Below are positions 20,354 to 29,842 of a stretch of 42,859 nt of DNA, one piece after another (position 1 is the first letter of the stretch; each line of letters begins with the position of its first letter). The position numbers and the translations under genes are program-made. The DNA is from Candidatus Hodarchaeum mangrovi. Its GTDB lineage: Archaea > Asgardarchaeota > Heimdallarchaeia > Hodarchaeales > Hodarchaeaceae. The notes beneath the pieces were generated by a model. The model searched no databases. It was not told the origin of the DNA and worked only from the letters and a program-made list of their open reading frames with translations. Location of the stretch: NCBI GenBank assembly GCA_016839515.1, contig JAEOUE010000298.1:1-42859 (forward strand), read 5' to 3'.

Positions 20354-21442
20354 TTACTCATAAATATCAAAAGGTTTCTTTCGGAGTATATACTGAACTG
20401 CTTCTAAACATTTATTTACGCGGTCTTGGATATTAGAAGCTCCAAAAGCCTTTGTTTTAAACATTGTATCAATCATGATCCCCAAGGCTATCTGGAAATC
20501 AAATGTAGAACCCTCAGGATAAAAATCTATTAGATTTAGGTTATTTTGATTGATAGCATAATCATAACCTCGACAAAGTGTTTCAAGGTCTGAAATCGTT
20601 CGGTCAAAAGACTCAGATAAATAATAATCATTATAAGCAAATTTGGAAAAAAACGTTCCAATATCTTCAGCACGATCAACATTACCCTCTGAATCAACAT
20701 ATGCAGGATCAATTAAAAAAACTTCTGTACAATCGATTTTAATATCTCCTATATTTGAACTTGGTCTGTCAGATTCTTTAAACATGATATTTCCAGGATG
20801 AAAATCACCAAAACAATTAGCACCTGCTTCGCTAGTACCTATCCGATTTAAGTCATCTTTAAATAAGGAAAATAGTTCATTCTTATCACCTGGAGGAATA
20901 TTTAACCCATTAATAACCCCAGTTATTAGATGAAGGTAGCGATCAATCATAACTTTATTTTTTAATACCCCATGAATATATGGAAGAGCGAGACCAGAAA
21001 GAAATAATTTCTGAGGTTGGTCTAATTTACTATCTAGATATTCGTGTGTATCAACGAGTCCTTGATAAATAAGAAGAGAATTATGATGAGAGAAGTATAA
21101 TAGTCGGGGGGTATGGATTTTAAAATTATTCTTTAACATATCAGTAAGCCAAACAGCTCCATTACCTTCTTTTGCCGCGGATTCGGGATTGTTTAAAAAT
21201 TTAAAAGCTAAAACGACTTCATAATGTTGATTCTTTGCAGATTGAACATTTACGGTCATTAATTGTAACTCTCCTCGTCTACCCAACCTTTTACCAAAGA
21301 CTAATCCAGTAATTTTGTCAATAGGCTGAAATATGCCTGTTTTTTCCTGCAATATTTCTTCAAGGTGTCGCATAAAAAATTTGGATAAAACATTGATCAA
21401 TTCAATCTTAAGCTGTTCCTGAGCGAGAATATCAGATGTCAA
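20354..21442 (-). CDS. Protein-kinase-like (APH/choline kinase superfamily) phosphotransferase
   Basis: Brenner-like motif GDFHPGNI followed by FLIDP; AFK lysine and KE glutamate in the N-lobe. Confidence 0.7.
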   Translation of the reverse strand: MTSDILAQEQLKIELINVLSKFFMRHLEEILQEKTGIFQPIDKITGLVFGKRLGRRGELQLMTVNVQSAKNQHYEVVLAFKFLNNPESAAKEGNGAVWLTDMLKNNFKIHTPRLLYFSHHNSLLIYQGLVDTHEYLDSKLDQPQKLFLSGLALPYIHGVLKNKVMIDRYLHLITGVINGLNIPPGDKNELFSLFKDDLNRIGTSEAGANCFGDFHPGNIMFKESDRPSSNIGDIKIDCTEVFLIDPAYVDSEGNVDRAEDIGTFFSKFAYNDYYLSESFDRTISDLETLCRGYDYAINQNNLNLIDFYPEGSTFDFQIALGIMIDTMFKTKAFGASNIQDRVNKCLEAVQYILRKKPFDIYE

Positions 21443-21762
21443 ATAAATTAGTCTCCAGAAATTATGTTAATCAGTGTTATAAGAGAGGATTATTAATGAG
21501 ATATGACCTTTTTTTTGTCTCACCATTTTATTATCAATTAAATTCCTTTCAGGAAAGCAAATTAATTTTAATCTGAATGTATCAATAATTTGAATTTAAA
21601 AAAATGACGTTTTTAAAAAATCTGAACCTTGAAAAGAACTAAAATGAATCTCAAAAGTCCATAAAAAAATTTCTATCTTTTAAATTGAATTATTTTCCTT
21701 CAGTTAAATCCTCTAATTACTCAGGGAGAAGATCGAGAGAAAAATTTCTAAATTACTCACTG

Positions 21763-21777
21763 GAAAACCTTATAAAA
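21763..21777 (+). promoter_or_regulatory. Putative BRE + TATA box
   Basis: GAAAACC-TTATAAAA; the TATA box starts 29 nt before the structured element at 21799. Confidence 0.45.
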
Positions 21778-21798
21778 AATGATGAATAAATCTGAATT

Positions 21799-21878
21799 GG
21801 TGAGCTAAGATGACCAGCTGGGATCATTTTGTTATTTTCTCCCATTCTACGTACTCAACCAGCTAGTCGAAGAGCACC
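21799..21878. ncRNA. Candidate structured RNA or leader hairpin upstream of valS
   Basis: Nested complementary arms GGTG/CACC (21799-21802/21875-21878) and TGACCAGCTGG/CCAGCTAGTCG (21811-21821/21859-21869), GC-richer than the surrounding intergenic DNA. Confidence 0.45.
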
Positions 21879-22045
21879 TATATTCTTACTAAGTTCTTTT
21901 CTCTTTTGTTATCTAAAGTTTGACTCACGTAATTGCTCTCAAGATTTTTATAATTTGATCAAATCGGTGACTCAATGCTGGAGTTTAACAAATGAGAATT
22001 ATTATATCATTGATGCCTATTTAAAGAAAATTAGAGGTCATTTCG

Positions 22046-24628
22046 ATGGGACTTAAGCCAAAGATGACAAAAAAAAGGTGGAAAGGAAGTAACGAGAGAC
22101 AAATCATTCAATTCTGGATAGATAATGAAACATATAAGTATGTCCAGAACCCTCAACTTTCAAATTATATCTTAGATACTCCTCCTCCCTACGTATCAGG
22201 ACGAGCGCATTTAGGATTCGCAGTTCATTATGCACAAATAGATATGATAGCTAGATATAGAAGGATGAAAGGTTTTAATGTAATTTTTCCTGCATGTGCA
22301 GATCGTAATGGCCTTCCTGTAGAAGTGAAAGTAGAACAAAAATTAGGAAAATCCATGCATGAAATGGATCGTGAGGAATTTCTTAAAATTTGTAAAAAAG
22401 AACTCGATAAAGCTGAAGAAAACACCCTCCAAGTAATGAAATGGATGGGTTTATCGTGCAATACATTTTATGGATCTCCAGAGATTTTCTACCAAACAGA
22501 TTCGTCCAAATATCGCTACAATACTCAAAAAACCTTTATTAAGGCGTGGTATGATGGATTAATAGTTCGGGATACACGCCCGAATAATTGGTGTATTGAA
22601 TGTGGTACCACTATTGCTGATGCTGAAATTGAATATCGAAATGATGATTCATATCTTCATTACATTCAATTTCAGGTGAATAACTCACCGAAAAGGATAA
22701 CCATTGCAACCACTCGCCCTGAACTGATAACAACTTGTGAAATGATAATTTTTCATCCTTCAGACGAACGATATACAAATCTTGAAGGAAAAACTGCAAA
22801 TATTCCTATATTTGGAAAAACAGTCCCTATCCATGCTCATAGGGAAGCGATTCCTGAATTCGGTACAGGTATTATGATGATTTGTGCTTATGGAGACAAA
22901 TCTGATGTGAAAATTCTCCGTGAGTTTGGTATAACAAATCCAAAAACAGTAATTGATTCAAAAGGCTATTTCAATGAAAATGGAGATAAATACGCTGGAT
23001 TATCAATTGATGAAGCACAGAAAGCGATATTGAATGACTTAAAAATTTTGAATGTGTTGGAAAAATCAGAACCCACCTCACGAAGAGTACCGATCTGCTG
23101 GCGATCAAAAACTCCTATAGAAATTATTACCATGGATGAATATTATCTAAAACAGGTAGAGATAATTCCTGAACTTCAAGAATTAGCTAAAAAAATGGAG
23201 TTTTTTCCTTCTAATAGTAAAATAATTTTAGATAATTGGATTAATTCTATATCGATGGATTGGGCAATAAGTAGAAGGAGATTTTATGGAACTTCTATCC
23301 CAATCTGGTATTGTCCAAATTGTGGAGAACCAAATGTTCCTATGGAAGATCAGTTAGATCGCTATTATGAGGCATGGAAAGAAGAAGGCCCTTTGAAAAA
23401 GTGTCTAAAATGCAAATTATCGATGAAAAAAGCTCATGGTGAGGATCGTACCTTTGATACTTGGTTTGATTCATCAATATCAGAGTTAGCTGCCTGTAAT
23501 TATGAAAACCTATTCTTTGAAAGCCAAAATAATCAATTCTTCAAGGAAAATTTTCCTTGCTCCATAAGACCCCAAGGAAAAGAAATTGTTCGAACTTGGC
23601 TTTATTATACGATTTTAAGATCTTACCACTTATTTAAGCAACCTCCATTCAAAGAAGTATGGATTTCAGGCTTAATAATGGATCCCTATGGAGGTAAAAT
23701 GTCTAAAAGTCTAGGAAATAGCGTTGACCCTTTATTATTTCTACAACCTGAAATACTACCGAAAAATACACCTGAAAGTTTACGTCCAGATAAGAACAGT
23801 TGGAAAGCAATAGCTGAATTAGAAAAATCCACTAAATTTCTTGGTGAAAAATTACCTAATCTTTATTATGGTGCAGATAGCGTGAGATTAACATCATGTA
23901 TGCAAGGAAGTCATGGATCTGATATTCGTTTCTCCCTTGCTAAGCTTGATGGAAATTCACGATTCCTTACTAAATTATGGAATATTGCACGATTTATTTC
24001 CTCATTTCCAATTGAAAAAACACCAAGGGACTTTAACCAGACTGATCAATGGATTCTGAATAGCTTTGATGCGTTGATACAGCGTTGTAATGAGGGATAT
24101 GAGCTGTTAGATTTTTCAATTCCAGCAGAAAATATCTATAACTGGATATGGAATATTTTTGCACCTCATTATATTGAATTAGTAAAGTCTAGGGTCTATA
24201 GTGAGGATCCCACCCGACAAAATGACGCAAGAAGTGCACAATATACACTGCATCATATCCTGCAAATAACACTTAAATTATTAGCCCCAATTTCACCTTT
24301 CATCACAGAAGGTATTTTTCAAGAAATTTACAATCCTAAAAATAGTATTCACTTAGAAAGAATGCCAGAATCAACCCATAAACAGATTAAGGAAGACCCA
24401 AAGACAGACGAGATAATGAAATTAGATTCTTTCATTTGGAAAGCAAAAAAAGAACGAAAATTCTCATTGAAAGATCCTGTCAAAGAATTATTCCTGAATG
24501 ATGCGTTACAGGAATTTATCTCAGATCTACAAGAAATGCATAATATTGAAAAAATAACTATTGGGAAACCCTCAAATCCTTCAGATTATATTCAGAATGA
24601 AGATTATTATTTAAGATTCCCAACGTAA
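22046..24628 (+). CDS. valS: Valine--tRNA ligase (archaeal type)
   Basis: DTPPPYVSGRAHLG (HIGH motif), IATTRPE, DWAISRRR, DTWFDSS, KMSKS. Confidence 0.95.
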   Translation: MGLKPKMTKKRWKGSNERQIIQFWIDNETYKYVQNPQLSNYILDTPPPYVSGRAHLGFAVHYAQIDMIARYRRMKGFNVIFPACADRNGLPVEVKVEQKLGKSMHEMDREEFLKICKKELDKAEENTLQVMKWMGLSCNTFYGSPEIFYQTDSSKYRYNTQKTFIKAWYDGLIVRDTRPNNWCIECGTTIADAEIEYRNDDSYLHYIQFQVNNSPKRITIATTRPELITTCEMIIFHPSDERYTNLEGKTANIPIFGKTVPIHAHREAIPEFGTGIMMICAYGDKSDVKILREFGITNPKTVIDSKGYFNENGDKYAGLSIDEAQKAILNDLKILNVLEKSEPTSRRVPICWRSKTPIEIITMDEYYLKQVEIIPELQELAKKMEFFPSNSKIILDNWINSISMDWAISRRRFYGTSIPIWYCPNCGEPNVPMEDQLDRYYEAWKEEGPLKKCLKCKLSMKKAHGEDRTFDTWFDSSISELAACNYENLFFESQNNQFFKENFPCSIRPQGKEIVRTWLYYTILRSYHLFKQPPFKEVWISGLIMDPYGGKMSKSLGNSVDPLLFLQPEILPKNTPESLRPDKNSWKAIAELEKSTKFLGEKLPNLYYGADSVRLTSCMQGSHGSDIRFSLAKLDGNSRFLTKLWNIARFISSFPIEKTPRDFNQTDQWILNSFDALIQRCNEGYELLDFSIPAENIYNWIWNIFAPHYIELVKSRVYSEDPTRQNDARSAQYTLHHILQITLKLLAPISPFITEGIFQEIYNPKNSIHLERMPESTHKQIKEDPKTDEIMKLDSFIWKAKKERKFSLKDPVKELFLNDALQEFISDLQEMHNIEKITIGKPSNPSDYIQNEDYYLRFPT

Positions 24629-24661
24629 GGAATACTTTTATTATATATGTAGGAAAGAATA

Positions 24662-25033
24662 ATGGCAAAAAAAGGTTCACAATCTACATCAGACGATATT
24701 ACAAAAATGAGTGGGTTATTATTATCAGGAGCGACCATGCTTGGAGATATATGTCCAGATTGTAAAGTTCCTCTTTTTAAAAAAGGTAATGACATTTTTT
24801 GTCCAAAATGTGAACGAAAAGCTGTTTATGCACGTTCAGATAAAGAGATCAGTGCAATTCAACAAATATATTCACAAAATGAATTACAGGAACTCTTACG
24901 AGATATAGTGTTAGGAAAAATCAATTATATAACTCAAAAACTTGCTGGGGAAGAAAAATTATCTGAAATCAAACATCTAAGCGAAATACTTGATGTACTA
25001 ATCACTGTACTAATAAAAATAAAAAAAATTTGA
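24662..25033 (+). CDS. UPF0148 / SSSCA1 (autoantigen p27) family Zn-ribbon protein
   Basis: LLLSGATMLGDICPDCKVPLF...FCPKC. Confidence 0.85.
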   Translation: MAKKGSQSTSDDITKMSGLLLSGATMLGDICPDCKVPLFKKGNDIFCPKCERKAVYARSDKEISAIQQIYSQNELQELLRDIVLGKINYITQKLAGEEKLSEIKHLSEILDVLITVLIKIKKI

Positions 25034-25074
25034 CGAAATAAAGATTTGGTAGCTCTAGGTGGTGTATATCAGTA

Positions 25075-25419
25075 ATGTCAAAACAACCATTAGAAATTGA
25101 TTTGGAATTATTTGAATTGATGTTTCCAGGGAAAATAATTGGCAGAGCGGTGGTTGATGCAGAAGCACGGATAATTGGAGTTATTAGAAATGTACGTATC
25201 CAAATTCCTTCCCCCATGATTAGTCTTGTAGTTAAAGGATTAAATACTGAGTTCACGGTGAAAGCTGAAAATATTAAAGCTATTGGAAATGTAGTCCAAT
25301 TAAACATAACAATTAAACATTCTGAACCCATTGAGGTTAATGATATTGTTAGATTACGTACTGAAATTCAGGAAGAGATCAATCACTTTTTTGATTTGAA
25401 CCGAGGGAGATCGGGGTAG
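25075..25419 (+). CDS. PRC-barrel domain protein
   Basis: IIGRAVVDAEARIIGVIRNVRI ... ENIKAIGNVV. Confidence 0.75.
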   Translation: MSKQPLEIDLELFELMFPGKIIGRAVVDAEARIIGVIRNVRIQIPSPMISLVVKGLNTEFTVKAENIKAIGNVVQLNITIKHSEPIEVNDIVRLRTEIQEEINHFFDLNRGRSG

Positions 25420-25661
25420 AATAAAATAGATAAGAAAGAATAATATTCAAATTTATTAGTAAATAATGTGTAATATAATAAATATTACGGAATTAGAGCA
25501 TTTTTAATTTCTAATTTCCAACAAACTTACATAAAATAATCTTCTTATAAGTCTTGTAAATCTGTGTTCTATGTAGGGAATTACCCTTATTCTCACTCTT
25601 AAGAATTAATTTCTTAAATAATCAAACAATCCTGTTTAGTAATATCATGGTGAACAACTAG

Positions 25662-27821
25662 ATGCCCGCTTTCTTAGATAGAATTACGAATGACCTCCGA
25701 GATCGCTATAACACAGCAACTTCAACGATTAATAGGGAGATGGTTCTTCTTTATTCTGCTCTTATGATTATAATAATTGTAGCATTTCTTGTTAGAATTT
25801 TTACTATTTTTAGGTATGAGATAATTCTTTCTGCTAATGACCCGTATTCTCAATTCCGTGCTGCTCAATATATCGAAGAGAATGGGTTATTTAAATTTTT
25901 TAGCTGGGTCGATACCCAAACATGGTACCCTGAAGGCCGTTTTTGGGGCATTTCACAGTATATTGGAACTCCAATATCAGCAGTTTTAATACACCAGTTA
26001 TTTCTCCTTGTAGGCATTGAAATTCCTTTGGCTACTATATGCTTCTTTCAACCAGCTATCCTTGGATCTCTTACCTGTGGTGCAATCTATTTCTTAGGAA
26101 AAGAACTCGGAAATAAGAAGGTAGGCTTACTCGCTGCACTCTTTCTTTCTGTTTCTGCAGGACATCTTCAAAGAACTGTTGCAGGATTTTTTGATAATGA
26201 GGCACTTGGAATATTATTCTTAGTATTAAGCTTATACTTCTATGCTCGATCCCTCAGAACTGGTTCAGTATATATGACCATACTGTCTGGAGTGAGCCTA
26301 GGAGTATTATCTGGTTCATGGGGGGCATCTACATATGTATTTAATCTTCTTGCCCTTCATGCTTTTATTCTTCTCCTAACAAGAAGACATTCAGATCGAT
26401 TGTTTCTTGCATATGGTGGAACTATTCTAATAGGAACTTTTATTAGTACCTTAGTCCCTAGAAATGGACCAAAAATTCTATTAACCACTGATGGCTTAAT
26501 TCCTATAGGAGTTCTTGGACTTCTTGCTATTTATGAACTTTTTCAATATCTAAGAACATACTATAACTTTTCATCTATACTAAAAAGAATAAGTAAATAC
26601 TATCCTGTCATCGGAGGAGGTGTGGTCATAGCAATAGCATATTTATTACTTTCTGGGTCAGTGATTAACTTATCATCAAAATTTGTGACAACTCTACTTC
26701 CATTTATTCGTGATAGTACACCTATTATGAAATCAGTTAGTGAACATCAAATTGTCTCTTGGGCATCATTTTTCAGAAATATTGGAATCCTAGTATTCTT
26801 CCTCCCTCTATCAATCTACTATCTGTATATAAAACCAACAGAAAGAAATTTATTACTACTTTTATTTGGATTGACTTCAATATATTTTGCAGGTTCCATG
26901 GTTCGACTCGCTTTAATATTAGCCCCCGCAACTGCACTTTTAGCAGCTAAAGCAATAGATCAAACACTCCTCCCGTTTGTATTAGCTTTCCAAGAACGTT
27001 TCGCACTTAGTAGACGGAAAATGCGATTCACTCAACCACTGTCAAACCAACATACCGCAATCGCATTTATTTTTATGGGAATATTCCTCTTTTTTGGAGT
27101 TTTCACAGCTACGGATCAGGCTATCAAATATACTTCACCTCCCTCAATCCTAACAGTAGTTCCATCTGGACAAACCTTAATTATCGGAAATGATTGGCTT
27201 GAAGCTATCGGATGGCTTGATTACCATACTGGTAGCAGGGATGTTGTTGCTTCATGGTGGGATTATGGTTATTGGATAAGTGGGAATTCGAATACAATAA
27301 TTTTGGTTGATAATGCAACTATAAATAAGACTAAAATTGCTAATATAGGTTGCATGTTTGTAACTAATCCACGGGAATCTCTGAAAATTGCAAAAATCTA
27401 TGATATAACCTATATTGTCCTTCTTGTCTCTGATGGGTATGGAGCAGTTGGTTTAGACTCTGATCTCGGAAAAGTTCCATGGTTTGTAAAAATAGGAGAA
27501 GATGGTGGAAATATTATTCAGATTGATCAAAATGATTATCTAGAATATGACACGAGAGGACAGTACATTACTGGTTATGTCGATAAATTCTACCAATCAG
27601 TTTTTTGGTCCCTATTTACAGCTGAAATAACAGATGAAGCCTATAGTCGTATCACACAATATGGTCCAATAAAGGATAATGCACCTACATCAAAAGGTTT
27701 TGCACCTGAATGGGCTGATTACGCCGACTATTATGAACTTTCTTACACAACACAGCATAACTGGGTTTATATCTGGAAAATTAATTGGGATATTATTCCT
27801 CCAGGAGCAATTGCGCCCTAA
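25662..27821 (+). CDS. aglB: Oligosaccharyltransferase AglB/STT3
   Basis: NDPY, GFFDNE, SVSEH, WWDYG, DNAT and DLGK (DK motif); multi-TM N-terminal half. Confidence 0.96.
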   Translation: MPAFLDRITNDLRDRYNTATSTINREMVLLYSALMIIIIVAFLVRIFTIFRYEIILSANDPYSQFRAAQYIEENGLFKFFSWVDTQTWYPEGRFWGISQYIGTPISAVLIHQLFLLVGIEIPLATICFFQPAILGSLTCGAIYFLGKELGNKKVGLLAALFLSVSAGHLQRTVAGFFDNEALGILFLVLSLYFYARSLRTGSVYMTILSGVSLGVLSGSWGASTYVFNLLALHAFILLLTRRHSDRLFLAYGGTILIGTFISTLVPRNGPKILLTTDGLIPIGVLGLLAIYELFQYLRTYYNFSSILKRISKYYPVIGGGVVIAIAYLLLSGSVINLSSKFVTTLLPFIRDSTPIMKSVSEHQIVSWASFFRNIGILVFFLPLSIYYLYIKPTERNLLLLLFGLTSIYFAGSMVRLALILAPATALLAAKAIDQTLLPFVLAFQERFALSRRKMRFTQPLSNQHTAIAFIFMGIFLFFGVFTATDQAIKYTSPPSILTVVPSGQTLIIGNDWLEAIGWLDYHTGSRDVVASWWDYGYWISGNSNTIILVDNATINKTKIANIGCMFVTNPRESLKIAKIYDITYIVLLVSDGYGAVGLDSDLGKVPWFVKIGEDGGNIIQIDQNDYLEYDTRGQYITGYVDKFYQSVFWSLFTAEITDEAYSRITQYGPIKDNAPTSKGFAPEWADYADYYELSYTTQHNWVYIWKINWDIIPPGAIAP

Positions 27822-28281
27822 ACCTATTTAAGGACTTATATTAATTCAGAACGATAAATTGTTAATTCCGTTTAACTTTTGTATTATAATAATATCCTTG
27901 GATTGGTAAAAGCTATTCAGGATTTGAACTACATGACTAAATTTACGATATAATAAAATAAATCCCCATCCTGGATATAATGAGTCATAAACCCATTATT
28001 CAGATAAAAAAGCTAAGATAATAAGTCAATTTTCGAATAAATACTTAATTTTGAGAATTTAATACAATTTCATTACTTTTAGTAACTTATATCTTTAATT
28101 CGGATGTTTTAAACTGGTTACTCATCCAATTTGTTTATGAGGGGAAAATTCCCCAATATGATTGCTTAAATTTTGATTTAAACCTGTTTTATAAGAAAAT
28201 GAGAATAAGAGTCTTTTTAAAGGTATTAGGAGAGAGAGAGAAGTATTATTGAGATCGAACATATATCGGATAAAATTAAAT

Positions 28282-29835
28282 ATGAAAAAAATCAAAATCC
28301 TTCATTTATTTCTACAATATAATTTTAACATTACCGAGGAAGCGTTAGAGTATCTAGAAGAGATTTCTATTTCGGAAAAAGCTCTTAATGTAATTTTATT
28401 GAAACTTCCCCCTGAATTACCAGTAGTTGATTTGTCAATCCTAAAAACCTATACTATTCCTGAATTTTTTCCAGAAACACCTTTATCTCAAGCTAGTATT
28501 GAGGAATCAGTACAGAAGCAAGAAATTAAACCTGAAGATGCTATAGAGGATTTAATTCCAAAATCTGTAAAGATTCCAGTAAAAGCACGGATTAAAATCA
28601 AGCAAGATATTCCTGAAAAACTCTCTAAAAAACCTGATTCAAACATATTTCAAATTATGTTTCAAGATAGATATAAAAAATTAAGAGGAATAGTTGAAGA
28701 AAGGATTGATAAAACAAAGATTCTTTCGCGAGATATTCCACTGGATAAACGAAACCAACTGAAAGAAGGTATAATAATAGGGATGGTAGAAGATACAGGG
28801 GTTCTAAGCACAAACCGATTTGTTATCCAATTGGAAGACTCTGAATATCCATTTCATACACGATGCGTAATGGTAGAAGATAGCCCTTCATTTCCTAATT
28901 ATAGATCTATCCTCAGAGATGCAGTAGTAGGTGTCTTAGGAGTTTTACCAAAGAACTATAAGGAGGGTCCATTAACTGCATTTTGGGGAAAAGATATAAT
29001 TCGTCCTGGATTTGAAACCCATGGTTTTAGTTCTTCGAATTCAAAACAAAGGGTTTTGATTATCTCTGACATTCATTATGGATCAAAAACTTTTTCTAAA
29101 GGTACATTTACCAGATTTATAAGACTTTTATCCTTAGAGAATATCAAATCAACGCTCCAAAATATAATGGAAAATGTTTCAACAATAATCATAGTAGGAG
29201 ACCTAGTAGAAGGTGTGGGAAGATATCCAGCCCAAAAAGATGAATTATCAATCCTTTCAATTGAAGCTCAGTATGAACAATTAGCACAAGAATTCGAAAA
29301 ACTTCCAACTTATTATGACATAATTGTGATACCAGGAGAGCATGATGCTACCCAAATAGGGCTTCCTCAACCTGCAGTTAATAAAAAATTTGCTTCTCCA
29401 TTGTTAAAACTGCCCCAGATTCGAAGTCATGGTAATCCGTTACGGATTACGATCGAAGATGTAAACTTTTTACTAATGCATGGGCAAGGATTGGATAATC
29501 TATTTCAAAATCATTTGAAATTAGACCCAGGAGAAGTACAGGAAGGAATCCAAAATCTCTTAGAATATCGACATTTGGGAATGGAATATGGAACATTTTA
29601 TCCACTTGTACCATATCCTGAAGACTATTTAGTAATAGATCAAGTACCTGAAATCATGGTTACAGGGCATTTCCATCAAGCTTCCTATAATGAATATAAA
29701 GGAGTAAAAATACTAACTACAGGATCATTTCAAAAAGGACCCTCCTCAAAAAAAGATTCATCATTGGGTATCTTTTACTTTGTAGAATTAGGTAATGGAA
29801 AAGTTTCTCAGATTGATCTTAAAACAATAGATTAA
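28282..29835 (+). CDS. DNA polymerase D small subunit DP1 / Pol B-subunit family (OB fold + calcineurin-like phosphoesterase)
   Basis: FQDRY, IIGMV OB fold, SDIHYGS, GDLVEG, PGEHD, HG, RHL, GHFH; ORF open from TTG at 28249. Confidence 0.85.
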   Translation: MKKIKILHLFLQYNFNITEEALEYLEEISISEKALNVILLKLPPELPVVDLSILKTYTIPEFFPETPLSQASIEESVQKQEIKPEDAIEDLIPKSVKIPVKARIKIKQDIPEKLSKKPDSNIFQIMFQDRYKKLRGIVEERIDKTKILSRDIPLDKRNQLKEGIIIGMVEDTGVLSTNRFVIQLEDSEYPFHTRCVMVEDSPSFPNYRSILRDAVVGVLGVLPKNYKEGPLTAFWGKDIIRPGFETHGFSSSNSKQRVLIISDIHYGSKTFSKGTFTRFIRLLSLENIKSTLQNIMENVSTIIIVGDLVEGVGRYPAQKDELSILSIEAQYEQLAQEFEKLPTYYDIIVIPGEHDATQIGLPQPAVNKKFASPLLKLPQIRSHGNPLRITIEDVNFLLMHGQGLDNLFQNHLKLDPGEVQEGIQNLLEYRHLGMEYGTFYPLVPYPEDYLVIDQVPEIMVTGHFHQASYNEYKGVKILTTGSFQKGPSSKKDSSLGIFYFVELGNGKVSQIDLKTID

Positions 29836-29842
29836 ACAAAAT

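Noticed and set aside
21808-21872. SECIS-like element (AUGA...GA around a helix)
   Set aside because: The quartet register needs bulges, there is no apical AA motif, and I found no same-strand upstream gene with an in-frame UGA.
21829-22056. 75-aa ORF upstream of valS
   Set aside because: TTG start, no recognisable motifs, and it overlaps both the hairpin and the valS start; probably spurious.
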